This document shows, in pieces, positions 49,300-62,799 of a stretch of 64,000 bases of DNA; within the stretch, counting starts at the first letter, position 1, and every line of letters begins with the position of its first letter. The notes under the pieces are model-generated. The model was not told the origin of the DNA. It was given only the letters and a program-made list of their open reading frames with translations, and did not search any database. The position numbers and the translations under genes are program-made. Source of the DNA: Octopus sinensis (Eukaryota). The DNA lies in contig NC_043007.1 of the NCBI RefSeq assembly GCF_006345805.1, positions 22,754,001 through 22,818,000 of the forward strand. The letters are read 5' to 3'.

Positions 49300-49765
49300 T
49301 TAACAACAACAACAATCACCACCATCAGCATCATCAACACAATCACAGCCACTAGCATCATGGCCATCACCACCACCAACAGCAACAACTCCACCACCAC
49401 TACCACTACCAACACACCACCGCCACCACCGCCACCACCGCCACCACCACCACCACCACCAGCAACAACTCTACTACTACCACCACCACCGCCACCACCA
49501 CCACCACCACCAGCAACAACAACAACAACAACAGCAACAATTCTACTACTACCACCACCGCCACCACCAGCAACAACTCTACTACTACTACCACCACCAC
49601 CGCCACCACCACCACCACCAGCAACAACAACAACAACAACAGCAACAATTCTACTACTACCACCACCACCACCAACAGCAACAACTCTACTACTACCACC
49701 ACCACCACCACCGCCACCACCAGCAACAACAACAGCAACATTCTACTACTACCACCACTACCACC

Positions 49766-49797
<32 letters not shown>

Positions 49798-49870
49798 CAA
49801 CAGCAACAACTCTACTACCACCACCACCACCAGCAACACAACAACAACAACGACGACATCATCATCATAT
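49300..49870 (+). repeat. CCA/CAA minisatellite-like array (CCAGCAACAACTCTACTACTACCACC units)
   Basis: Direct reading. Confidence 0.85.
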
Positions 49871-50081
49871 CAGTTGTGCAACAGGAAGTAATATAAGGAT
49901 TAAATATAAAGATCTGGTTTAAGGAATGATTTGGAAAACCCACGTGACTCGATGACAAGTTGCCTGTCACGTGTCTTTCTATGTTCGTCTCTCTCGATTC
50001 CACTCTCTTTTGTCAATATGTGTTTCGCTGGATGTCACCCTTCACGTTTGCTTCCCACTGACTGTCTGTCTACTCTTTTTT

Positions 50082-50460
50082 TTACTCTTTTACTTGTTTC
50101 CCAAAGTCTGGAGCACCGCCTTTAGTCGAGCAAATCGACCCCGGGACTTATTCTTTGTAAGCCCAGTACTTATTCTATCGGTCTCTTTTGCCAAACCGCT
50201 AAGTGACGGGGACGTAAACACTCCAGCATCGGTTGTCAAGCAATGCTAGGGGGACAAACACAGACACACACAAACACACATATATATACATATATACGAC
50301 AGGCTTCTTTCAGTTTCCGTCTACCAAATCCACTCACAAGGCATTGGTCGGCCCGGGGCTATAGAAGAAGACACTTGCCCAAGATGCCACGCAGTGGAAC
50401 TGAACCCGGAACCATGTGGTTGGTAAGCAAGCTACTTACCACACAGCCACTCCTGCGCCT
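50082..50460 (-). mobile_element. SINE family A
   Basis: Reverse complement full copy. Confidence 0.85.
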
Positions 50461-50474
50461 TGTCTTTCATTCCT

Positions 50475-50707
50475 ATTTCTTTATTACCCACAAGGGGCTA
50501 AACACAGAGGGGACAAACAAGGACAGACATAGGTATTAAGTCGATTACATCGACCCCAGTGCGTAACTGGTACTTAATTTATCGATCCCGAAAGGATGAA
50601 AGGTAAAGTCGACCTCGGCGGAATTTGAACTCACAACCTAACGGCAGACGAAATACCGCTAAGCATTTCGCCCGGCGTGCTAACATTTCTGCCAACTCGC
50701 CGCCTTA
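50475..50707 (-). mobile_element. SINE family B monomer with 14-bp TSD TGTCTTTCATTCCT
   Basis: TSD at 50461-50474 and 50708-50721. Confidence 0.9.
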
Positions 50708-51989
50708 TGTCTTTCATTCCTTCTGTCCATCCGTCCGTCCGTCCGTCCGTCTGTCTGTCTGTCTCCCCCCCCCCTTTTTCTGTTTAGTTTTCAGTCTATA
50801 TGTCGAGATGCTCATATCGTGTTTGAACGCAACACACAACCTGGTCCGGGAATCGAACTCACAACCTCATGATTGTGAGCCTGACGCTCTAAGCACTGAA
50901 CCATGCCCCTTATCAAGCACTACTGTAATTGTAAGTGGCATATTTTATACAATTACGTATTCTATAATTTTAAAACGTTATTAAATATACATTTGTTGGA
51001 TTAGAAAGAGGGCGAATTAACAAAACAGAATGTTTTACAACAGTAGCGTAGCTGGAGGTGGGGGCCTAATGGAGGTCCACTAGGGGCGACGCTTTCATGG
51101 TGCAGTACTTTTGGGTCTGTTGTATAAGTTGGTATAGGGGCAAGTGGGGTAATAAATTCAAAGGCTGCTCCCGGGTAACTGTCCCCTACTCTTGTTGCTG
51201 GTTGATTGTATTGTCGTGTATGAGAAGGTTTTCTTCGGACTTCATCGAAAAGTCTGCGATTTATTGTGAATGCACAATACCAGATGCCATTGCAATACAC
51301 CGATGCAGAGAGCAGTCCTTTTACAATATGGCCGAAAGCTCAAAGTAATAAAATACGGACGCCATTAAATTTTCTTAGAAGGAGAGAACAAACAATAATC
51401 CCTCAACAATTAAGTTATCCAACTTAGTGGTGGATCCTCCGTCAGTCTCTACGATGAGCCTTTAGGTTTTTGACCAACTAAATCCTTAATCGTGAAATTA
51501 ACGTGTAAGTGCTGAATATTCAGCAGATGCGTGTACCATTGATATTAACGCAATCTTCAGATCAAATCAGCGTGACTCAATCGATATGACTGAACTTTTG
51601 AATTACAGGGTAAACCAGAGGTCCTTCTTTTTGTATTTGGTCCCTCCTGATATAGTCATACGTGTGCAATCTTGAAATATAATGTCTTGAGCATTTTAAA
51701 CTTAACGAGGCCCATCCCTCTCCAGACCTACAACCAATTTATTCCGCAGAAATACACACGCATGCGTACAGAGAAAGGGGGAGAGGTGGGGTACGATTTT
51801 CAGTACTCTACTGGCGCTTCATTTATCGACCCCCCCCCCCAGAAGTATTGAACGGGATTCAAATCAGAGTGTTATTTCAAGGCAGTGACATGGCTACAGT
51901 GTGTGCTACCCAGGGGCAGCCTTTGAATTTACTACCCCACTTGCCCCTATACCAACTTATACAGCAGATACAAAAACGTCCATGAATCG

Positions 51990-52292
51990 GGGTCGATTAA
52001 ATAAGTACCAGTTACGCACTGGGGTCGATGTAATCGACTTAATCCGTTTTTGTCTGTCCTGTTTGTTCCCCTCTGTGTTTAGCCCCTTGTGGGTAGTAAA
52101 GAAATAGGTATTTCGTCTGCCGCTACGTTCTGAGTTAAATTCCGCCGAGGTCGACTTTGCCTTTCATCCTCGGGGTCGATTAAATAAGTACCAGTTACGC
52201 ACTGGGGTCGATATAATCGACTTAATCCGTTTGTCTGTCCTTGTTTGTCCCCTCTGTGTTTAGCCCCTTGTGGGTAGTAAAGAAATAGGTAT
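51990..52292 (+). mobile_element. SINE family B partial multimer
   Basis: Tail half, full headless unit, then GGTATT start of a third. Confidence 0.8.
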
Positions 52293-52966
52293 TGGCCTTT
52301 GCCTTTCCCTTGCATAACATCGGTGACTGTTGTTTTCTCATAAATAACCTTGTCCGGACCTGTGCCTCGGAGGGGAACTTTCTAGGTGCAATCCCATGGC
52401 CATTCATGACCGAAGGGGGTCAAAGTGCTTGATTAACTATAGTGGCGGCTCTACATGATGGTACTTGTATAGGCAGTAAAACAAGCTGCATTGGATTTAC
52501 TAACGCCCGTTATTCATTCCTGTATTAAATCCTTAAAAAATGTTTTAGCCCGAAGGCCGTGGCCATGCTGGGGCATCACCGCTGTGCTGGGGCACACCGC
52601 TGTATTGTGTATCCTTTTTCTTTTTTTAATTTACGGCTGCCATGGATCGCCATGTAGAATATTCGTTTGTGTTCGTGCATTGTAGGGTTGGTTGTTTAAC
52701 CCCAGGTCAGCGCTTGTCGTGCATAGATAGTTGTATGATCAGAGGTGTCCTGGCTTGTATTTATTTACATAGATTCTGCTTGAAGATTACACAGCGGGAT
52801 ACTCAGCCACTTGTACAATAATACAATGGGAAGGATAGTTCCATTGAATGACCTGCATGAGCACTGGTTCTCTGAGGTCGATGAGAGAGAGAGAGAGAGA
52901 GTGTGTGTGTGTGTGTGAGAGTGTGTGAGAGAGGGAGAGAGAGACAGAGTGAGAATGAGAGATAGA

Positions 52967-53034
<68 letters not shown>

Positions 53035-53126
53035 TGTATGACAGATAAACTGCAAATCAAGTACGAATCGAACTCGTCTCTTTTAGAGTCTTAGCATGTT
53101 TTATCATGAAGTAGTAGAGAGGAGGT

Positions 53127-53430
53127 GGAGGCACATGGCCTAGTGGTTAGAGCAGCGGACTCGCGGTCGAAAGATCGCGGGTTCGAATCTCAGACCGGGC
53201 GATGTGTGTGTTTATGAGCGAAACACCTAAGCTCTACACGGCTCCGGCAGAAGGTAATGGCAAACTTCTGCTGACTCTTTCGCCACAACTTTCTCTCACT
53301 CTTTCCTCCTGCATCTTGCAGCTCACCTGCGATGGACCGGCGTCCCGTCCAGGTGGGGAACCTATACGTCAAGGAAACCGGGAAACCGGCCCTTATGAGC
53401 CAGACATGGATCGAGAAGGAACAAAACAAA
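53127..53430 (+). mobile_element. SINE family C, full length, 12-bp TSD AGTAGAGAGGAG
   Basis: tRNA-like head TGGCCTAGTGGTTAGAGC (A box) and GGTTCGAATCTC (B box); (AAAC)-type tail; TSD 53113-53124 and 53431-53442. Confidence 0.9.
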
Positions 53431-53716
53431 AGTAGAGAGGAGATACGACACGAGAAAACGAGAGATATTGTAGGGCATGAGGAGGGAATAAAGGAGAGAT
53501 AACGAGAGAAAGTGAGAGGAGAGAGAGAGAGAGAGAGAGAGAAGAGAGAGGTTAAGGTTTAGAGATTTTACTGTATTGAATGGACTGAACCATAAACAAT
53601 GTAAATCTTCCTTTAAACCTCCCTTTATCTGCCACGCCGTGATTTATCGCAGCATGTCGTCTTGACAATAATTCAATCAATTATTAAAGCCCAGTGGTGT
53701 CAATCTATGGTGAGCG

Positions 53717-53748
<32 letters not shown>

Positions 53749-54059
53749 ATGTATGTATGTATGTGTGTTTGTGTGTGTGTGTGTGTGTGTGTTTGTGTTT
53801 GTCCGCCACCGCCACTTGACAAACGGTGTTGGTGTATTTGCGCCCTCTTAACTTAGCGTTTCGGCAAAGCAACCGATGAAATAAATTCCAGGCTTAAAAA
53901 ACAAAATAAGCATTGAAGTCGATTTACTCGACTAAATATTCTTCAAAGTGGTGCCCCAGCATGGCCGCAGTTTAATGATTGAAACAAAATAGGTGATACT
54001 TCTCATATTCTTTTTCACTCTAGGCACAAGGCCCGACATTTTTGGGAAGGGGGCTAGTT

Positions 54060-54362
54060 AATTGGTACTTATTTAAAAGACCTCGAAAGGATGAAAGGCA
54101 AAGTCGACCTCGGTGGAATTTGAACTCAGAACGTAGCGGCAGACGAAATACCTATTTCTTTACTACCCATAAGGGGCTAAACACAGAGAGGACAAACAAG
54201 GACAGACAAACGAATTAAGTCCATTATATCGACCCCAGTGCGTAACTGGTACTTAATTTATCGACCCCGAAAGGATGAAAGGCAAAGTCGACCTCGGCGG
54301 AATTTGAACTCAGAACGTAACGGCAGACGAAATACTGCTAAGCATTTCTGCCAGCTCACCGC
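54060..54362 (-). mobile_element. SINE family B partial dimer
   Basis: Same junction. Confidence 0.75.
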
Positions 54363-54939
54363 TTTGAAACCACCATTATATTGGAAATTTAATGTGAAAA
54401 ATAAAAGTACTGACACACACCACATACATATTTATGAAATGAAACTCGAAATTTTGAAATAAATACATGATGTATGTCAGTAAATATGTGCGCGTGGCCA
54501 CCATTTTTTTCTTTTCTTTTTTACATCAAATTTCAATATAACTGTATAAATACCGAAAGGTATTTATACAAAATTTCATTAAAAAAAATATATTTTTCTG
54601 AAAGGTATGAGGAAACAAAACCGAATATTGTGAATTATCTAAAAGTCCTCCCGCACCGGAAGGGGCTTCTTTCAGTTTCCGTCTACCAAATCCACTCACA
54701 AGGCTTAGATCGGCTCGAGACTACTGTAGAAAGTACTTGCCCAAGATACCACGCAGTGGGACTGAACCTGGAACAATGAAGTCGGGAAGCCAACTTCTTA
54801 CTATACAGACATGTCTAATTAATTAGGAAACTGAATGACCGTTGCTTCGGGAATGAAGTCCCTTGGGATATTTCGAGTTGTAAATACTCCCTTGTCACCT
54901 CGCCATCAGAAATGCTGTGATTGGTTCATTGGGAGCCTG

Positions 54940-55363
54940 GGATCTTTTCGGTTTGACCGGCAGTTTTTTAAAAATATTTCCACATAACTAAACCACTTTA
55001 AACTTCGTATACTGGTAGAATATGTTTATAAAACATCTTTTTTTCTCTTGGCTTTATTGAGAAAATCTATAGTTTGTAAGATATTTGTTGTTTTTTTCTT
55101 CAATTTCTGCAATTTCAACCAATCAATGACGTCTATTGAGGTGAAAACATTCTGTGCCGTATGAATATGTCCCTCGTTTAAGAAACAGATTGGGTTTATT
55201 TACATTTGTGAAGAAAAAAAAGATACCCTTCCCCCCAACCCTAGCCTTGATCCTAACCCTAAAACAGATTGAAATGCAATAGATCGATACTAGGGTCATA
55301 ATTATGGGTGACAATTTCATATGACACCGCTAGAAAAAACTGCCGTTCAAACCGAAAAGATCC
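54940..55363. mobile_element. MITE, about 30-bp TIRs, 8-bp TSD GGAGCCTG
   Basis: TIR GGATCTTTTCGGTTTGACCGGCAGTTTTTT / AAAAAACTGCCGTTCAAACCGAAAAGATCC; TSD at 54932-54939 and 55364-55371. Confidence 0.9.
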
Positions 55364-57661
55364 GGAGCCTGTAACCAATGACGCTAAGTTCACATATTGC
55401 GATGCAAAATATAATTAAATTGATTGACAAATATATAAATAAACAAATAAGGATTTATTAATAGAGTAGAGAGCAAGGTTAAAAGTGGTTTCAAATTGCT
55501 ATTCTACCAACAGGGCAATTTGAAGGGTGGTTACCTGGCAGGTAGCATAAGTAAGTATCTATCTCACAGTGGAGAGTGAATCACCTGAGTTTGTGGTGGA
55601 AGGCAGTAGTAACAGGTGCTTACTGCATTAACCTTGTTGAGGTGGTGGACAAAGAGAGAGTGAGACAGGGGAGAGGAAGGAGAAGAGAGAGAGAGAGAGA
55701 GATGGTAGTGGAGAAGGGGGAAGTGAGAGAATATAGTGAAGGAGGATAAAGAGTGACAGTGATAGGAACAAGGAGGGTGAGTTTGAGATGCTAAAGAGAG
55801 ATACCTGGTTGATAATTTAAGTCGATTGATTTCTGAAAAAGCGAAAAAAAAAAAGGACACGAAAGTTAAAAAGAAAAGGAAAAAGATGTGAAAGTTTTGC
55901 AGAAGAAAATGTGGGACGTCCCGTGTTTGTAAAGAGAAGTAAACAAACGAAACAAAGCTAAAAGTTTGTGGGGGAGAAAAACCACGAAATAGTTTACACC
56001 CAGATAACAAGACTCCCTCAAACGTCCACGATTGTTACAATTTGGGGTTTTTTAACTCAATGAGTCGTTTGATGTTAAGCTTGTTTTTTTGTCTCCCGTC
56101 GTCGGTAAAAAGTAAAGGATCGGATAATTAATTAAAAAAAAAAAAGCAAGCAAATAAAAGCTGGAACACAAAACACCACTAACAAGAACAACAACAAACA
56201 TTAATACACACAAAAAAAAAAACACGGTAGATGCTCTGAATATTCGGGACTGGAGGTAATTATATTATATACATATATTTCAAGATTTTCTGTTTTTCTG
56301 GAAATATCTTTCACTACATTAGACATTGTTTATTTGTCTTCTTCTTCTTCGCTTTCACCTGTCTTTGTTACTCCAACTGTTGCCGTTGATGACATTTTTA
56401 TGCAACGTCCGTCTTTGTTCGTCGCAAATATCCAGGTCAGCTTTTCACAACTTATCTTGATCTTAAAAACGAAAATAATACCCTGATTGTCCGTCTATAC
56501 AGTTTTATTACTTGATCAAATACATATACAATCCTAATTTCTTCTTCTGCTCCTTCGCATGATTTTAAACTTGTTAATGACCAACATTCAATTAACGCAG
56601 TAGTTAATATACTTTTACCTAGCACGCCATTTTCTTCTCAGGTGTACTGCGTCGGATGAGAGATTTTTCACATCAGCTAAAAGTTTAACGGTTATCTTGC
56701 TTTTAAGTTTAACCAAATCAATCTTCTAATTCACAAATTTCTTTCACTTATTTTTTGGCATACGGATACATATTAAAAATAAATTACCTTTACATTAATT
56801 CAAATTCACTTGTTGTATCAATATTATTACATTATTTTCTTCAATCATATTTTCAGTTTTCTAACATTAAACTGTGATTTATGAAATTAAATAAGAATTT
56901 TGATAGTTTTCGGTTATTTGAAAGTTAGAAACTATTTTATTTTGCCATATCAAAGATCTCTTAAAAATTTTTAATTCTCTTCATATATATATTTTTAATA
57001 CTAAAAATATCTGATAGACCTTGATTTCTTTTCAACACCTGAGTATTTGCAGGTAGCAAAATACATCATCTCGATGCTTATAGAATATAATCTGCATAAC
57101 GAAATTAACATCTTAAAATAATTCGATTAGATTTTCCTCAAATAATATGAAATATAATTTTGATTGCTCAGATGACGGATTGGTGTCTAGGTAGTAAGTT
57201 GGGGACGACGGAAAATCTAGTTGGGCTTTCATTAAGTAATAAACACTTGGAGCCAATGAGGTGTCTTCTACGTCGTCATTCGATCTGTTAGAAATAGCAG
57301 CTAAATCGCCTCCAAATTGCACTCTACTGATTAAAGCGAATAAAGATAGATTCAACAATGTAAACTATATATATATATACTGAAGATTGAGGGCTTCCGT
57401 GTTTTTTGTATCGTCTTCTAAGTGTTTTGCGTTCTTGTCCCAGTTTGTATTTTTCTACATATAATAATTATATATATATATATATATTATATATATATAA
57501 TAAATATATAGTCAAACGGTCAGAGTTACAGATGCTAATATAGAGAACACGTAGTGCTCAAACGAAATCTTTATTGAAAACTCGGTCCACGGGGTAAAGA
57601 GTGACTATAAAGAGAAATCCAGTTAAGCTGAAATGGAAATAGTGATGCAAATAAACACGAT

Positions 57662-57693
<32 letters not shown>

Positions 57694-57700
57694 TAGATAT

Positions 57701-57735
<35 letters not shown>

Positions 57736-59388
57736 CATACATGAAGACGGATAGCCCTTGATTATTAGGTCAATGCTTACCTGGGGTATAAACAACGGAA
57801 CCAATTCGGTTATTACAACTGTTAAAATTGCTCTGGCTTCCACATTTTTATTACTTTTATTAGACATGTATAGCCGACATGTATATGTATCAAAAAGACA
57901 CCAGAACAGTGTCTTTTGTTTCGTCCGTTATTCGCCCCAAGGTGAAATCTCAACTGTGCTTAACTTTACTTTTCACCCATCCAGGGTTTATAAAATACCA
58001 GTTAATAAATCTGAGTTTGTTTTTCCTGTTATACCAAGCCTAAACGGTAAAATGTTACCACCTAAACAAGTGAACATAGTTTGGTAATTAAACACATTCG
58101 ATCTTTCGGTATTAGTACATGACGTCGGTCATATGTGAATGTGAGTGTGCAGGTGTGTTTGTTCGGCTCTGTCAAGCAAATGGAAAACACTGTCACACTA
58201 TTTGCTTAACTAAATCGTAATGTTATTTTCTTGAATCGTCATTACTTTCTGTTCACAAGTAGCTTGCCAGCAAAATAGTTGGCACGCCGGACAAAATACT
58301 TAGCGACATTTCTTCCGGCTTTACGTTCCGAGTTCAAATTCCGCCGAGGTCGACTTTACCATTACTCTTACTCTGTATGTATGTGTGTGTATATGTTTGT
58401 GTGTCTGTGTTTGTCCCCTCAACATCACTTGACAACCGATGCTGCTGTGTTTGCGTCTCCGTAACGTAGCGGTTCGGCAAAACAGACCGATAGAATAAGT
58501 ACTAGGCTTACAAAGAATAAGTCCTAGAGTCAATTTGCTGGACTAAAGGCGGTGCTCCAGCATGGCCGCAGTCAAATGACTGAAACAAGTAGAAGAGTAA
58601 AGAGTATATACTTGAAAATCGAAATGTCACTAAATTTCTACGTCGCCAAGGAATAAAACGGAATAAAACGTCTCCAAGGTAAACGGAAACTGAAAGAAGC
58701 CGGTCGTATATACGTGTGTGTCTGTGTTTGTTCCCCACGGCTGGTGTTGGTGTGTTTACGTCCCCGTAACTAAGCAGTTCAGCATAAGAAACCAATGAAT
58801 AAAAACCAGGTTTTAAAAAAAGAAAAATGTAAGTATTGTGGGGCGATTCGTTAGATTAAAATTCTTGAAGCCGGTGCCCCAGTATGACCGCAATCTAACG
58901 GCTGAAAGAAGCAGAAGTTAAACGATCACTCCACGTACATTTTTGTAGTTCAGCATCCTTCGTTAAGGTTATGTAAAGAAATATATATATATATATGAAA
59001 AAGTATAATGTCACAGATTTATGGCAGCAAATAAAACAGTCCGGTTATTGCAGAGTGAATTACGTCCAAGAGAAACTCAATCAATCAATCAATCTTCTCA
59101 ATTCTTTGATTAATAATTTTGAGTATCGTTTCACATTTTCCTAATTCCGCTGATATGATATTTTATATATATACGTGTGTGTGTGTATCTTTGTAGTGCC
59201 TTGGTAAATTATTATGTGTAGACTGTAAACAAATATATGTCTCGCTAAGTTTCCAGTAATTTGTCAATAAATATAACTGCGATTATAGAATAAGTGTTTC
59301 TTGAAAGAAGTCCTGGACTCTCAACTCTCTTCGCAGAAAATGGTAAATAGTGTGAAGTGGCTTGCTCAAAAAATAAGATAGAAAAGTA

Positions 59389-59952
59389 TTGGATTGTCCG
59401 GAAAGTTCGTGCCGATTTTTAAAGGAAAGAAAAGGTCAATAAAAAATGCCATTGCATTTTTAATCAACTAAATATGAACCATTTTGTTGCACAATGCATC
59501 TCCATCTTTCCTTTAACTTGAAAATACCCTTTTCCCAGAATTGAGGTGGTTTCATGGCAAAGAATTCATCAAGGTATCTTTTTACGTCATCCAAGGAATT
59601 GAAATTTTTACCATTAAGACTATTCTGCAGAGACCTGAATAGGTGGAAATCCGAAGGAGCAATATCTGGTGAATATGGAGGGTGGGGTAACACATCCCAG
59701 CCGAGCTGCAGCAATTTTCATCTGGTTCTCAAAGCACCAAGTGCCGAAAATGAACTTTCTTATCTTCCATTTTAAAGGGTTACAGAATTAACACAGATTA
59801 TAGGAACATAAACCTCCTTCCACGAAAAGATAGCTTAAACTGTGCTCTAAATGGAGGTGTAGTCAAATCCTATTTTAAGGACTCAACCATGTTCTAAAAT
59901 AAGTCGAAAGGTTAGCTACTATAAATCGGCACGAACTTTCCGGACAACCCAA
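59389..59952 (-). mobile_element. Internally deleted mariner (DD34D-type) element with both TIRs and TA target duplication
   Basis: TIRs TTGGATTGTCCGGAAAGTTCGTGCCGATTT / AAATCGGCACGAACTTTCCGGACAACCCAA (1 mismatch); TA at 59387-88 and 59953-54; C-terminal ORF LGWDVLPHPPYSPDIAPSDFHLFRSL. Confidence 0.92.
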
Positions 59953-61579
59953 TATTTACCCCACTGGATAGGATCCCAGTCCATCGCAGGATTACTCATT
60001 TTTACCAGCTGAGTGAACTGGAGCAATATGAAATGAAACGTTTTGCTCAAGAACAATGCAACACCCAGTCCAGGAATCGAAACCACAATCTTATGATCAT
60101 GAGTCCAACACCCTAACCACTAGGCCACACGCCTCCACTAACCAGTCAAATATTTAGTTGGTTCATTAATAACACCCATTGTCACCAAGTCTATATAGGT
60201 ATCATTGATTGTGCTACGTCATGCCAAAGAGCAGCTGGTGTTTGAATCTGGATGGTTTATGTCCATAGTTGCCGCTAACACCTAAGGCCCACTGGGTAGT
60301 AGTTCTCTTTCCCATTATATTTCTGACCAATGGCGCTGTTGTTCACAATTTACAATATATAATAAATAGGCGCTATGGCCCAGTGGTTAGGGCAGCGGAC
60401 TCGCAGTCGGAGGATCGCGGTTTCGATTCCCAGACCGGGCGTTATGTGTGTTTATTGAGCGAAAACACTTATAGCTCCTCAAGGCTCCGGCAGGGGGTGG
60501 TGGCAGCCCCTGTTGTACTCTTTGGTCCAAACTTCTCTCACTCTTTCTTCCTGTTTCTTGGGTAACACTGCGATAGACTGGCGTCCCGTCCAGCTGGGGG
60601 GAACACATACGCCACAGAAACCGGGAAACCGGGCCCATGAGTCTGGCTAGGCTTGAAAAGGGCGCATAAATAATAAAAAAAAATAGACAGAAACAAGAAC
60701 ATGCTTCAGATCGCACAACTCTTAAATCTTAAAAATTATGGAATAACACTTTCGTTGATATTATTCTAGTCAACATATGCACACGCGCGCACGCACACAC
60801 ACACACATGCAGAAAGAGAAAGAGAGAGAGAGAGAATAATCACAGCTCGTGGAAAAAGGTTCCGGAGCGGGCGTGGTGGGGGTGGTTTAAAAAATATGGG
60901 GAAAAAATGGTACTTTCGGAAATGTATTTCAGAATCGTATCAGCGGTTGTAGTATAAAAAAAAAACAACCTTAATTTTCCTTCGCCATGAGGTACGAGAT
61001 ACCTATTTCGACGCAAAATCTTTGCCCTTCCTCCCTTTTTCTTTTTTTTTTTTTACGATGGTAAGATCTGACTTTATGGGAGATTTGGTTGCTATTGGTC
61101 TTAGAAGACTAGCTATCACATCACTCCCACCAACTCGTTGGCACGATTCCATTGATTAGAGTGATGGAGAAAAGAACGACTGTTGCTGCTTTTCGAACAG
61201 CGTCCATTATATTCCACCCCTACGTCCCACCCCCAGACACACTGTACTCGTAGTGTTTTTGTCGACAGGAAACTGACTGTCCAAACATCCGGTGGGACCC
61301 GTATTTACTTTGTTGTTTACAATGGAATTAGGTTGAGTAGGTCCTTTATCGTATCTTATTTGCTGTCCGAGAAGCCTACTACTGTCCGCCACCATCGTTA
61401 TCCTTGGCTGCTTATCCTTGCAATGCTGACTGACCCCTTACCCTTACAGAAGTTCTTTTATATTAGCCGAAAACTGGGTTCCCCGATCCAACTTAACGGG
61501 CCGGGGATCATTTAGTCACGGGCTACACAAAAAATAAATTGTAAAATGTGTGTGTGTGTGTGTATATATATATTATAAT

Positions 61580-61634
<55 letters not shown>

Positions 61635-61799
61635 AATGTATGTGTATGTAATGTATATGTATGTATATATATGCATGAATGTAATGTATATGTATGTATA
61701 TATGCATGTATGTGTATGTAATGTATATATATATATACACACATAGAACTTACATTAATAATTGGTAGAACTTACATAGGTGTGCACAGACAGACAGGC

Positions 61800-61846
<47 letters not shown>

Positions 61847-62061
61847 CGGATGGATGGACACACTGACACACAAAAGTCTAGTGCTGTGAGAACACATGGG
61901 AATGATGTTTCCTTACTTTTTCAAATATACCCAAATTTAAAATGATCTAATAACGATATCATTCATTCGGTATGTATCGAAATACACCAAAACAATTTAA
62001 TTCCACACAAATATGTTACTTTACATATAATTTATGTGTTAATTCTATTTACTGAAACCTG

Positions 62062-62790
62062 CTAAAAAGCATATTTTGCTTTAAAGTAAAGTAATATCTC
62101 CTTGTGGACACAATTGTCAGTAATAATACTGTTTCCATTTTTCTCAGCCAATGTTTTTACATTAGTCTTCTTTCGAACTCTAGATAATGCAACATAGAGC
62201 TGACCATGTGAGAAGAACTGTGTCGGAAGATATATTCCAATTTGTTCGAAAGTCTGTCCCTGTGCCTTGTTACACGTCAAGGGAAAAGCTGACTTGACAG
62301 GAAATTGTTTGTGTGTAAATGTAAATAGAAATTCCATTTCTTGAGAAAAATGTGGTATTCTTGGGATAAGCAGAGTTGATCCTTCTTAAGGACCAGAAGC
62401 GACCTCAGCCTCAATAACATCATGTAAACTGACAATGATGCCCTGTGTGCCATTGCAATGTCCATAAGTGACATCTAAATTTCTCAGAAGCATTATGCAT
62501 AACTTTTCCTTCAGTTTGAGAATGTGTGGTGGAAACCCTGATGGTGTGGAGTTTGTTGATGAACTCGATTGGGTACAGAGTTTCATTATCAACTGTATCT
62601 GAGCTTCTGTATGCGTTTAGCTCCCCAGGGATCCTGGTCAACAGAAAATCATTCACAAATTGTGCTGCTTCATTTGTTGGAGTAACAATGATTGTATTTG
62701 CAAGCCACACAGGGTTTGTGCAGTTATTTTTGAGGTCAGTATATACAAAATCACTTAGCTCTGAAAGAGTACCACTTTCAAGGCAAAGGT
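62062..62790 (-). mobile_element. Helitron Rep/helicase C-terminal (PIF1-like) fragment, frameshifted, truncated by SINE insertions
   Basis: IVTPTNEAAQFVND; PSGFPPHILKLK...IMLLRNL...GHCNGT; QFPVKSAFPLTCNKAQGQTFEQIGIYL..QFFSHGQLYVALSRV. Confidence 0.88.
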
Positions 62791-62799
62791 CATTGCTTA

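Noticed and set aside
49198-49896. 232-aa Pro/Thr-rich extensin-like ORF
   Set aside because: CCA/CAA minisatellite preceded by SINE-derived sequence
53560-53720. Cluster of homeodomain-like motifs (TGATTTAT, CCATAAA) as an enhancer
   Set aside because: Short AT-rich motifs are expected by chance; needs cross-species conservation
55531-55545. TTACCTGGCAGG resembling the U1 snRNA 5' end
   Set aside because: Only 12 nt match; no U1 stem-loops or Sm site follow
56280-56660. Possible minus-strand promoter or first exon (AAAATGGCG motif, GTAAAA donor)
   Set aside because: Only short motifs and tiny ORFs; cannot be distinguished from background
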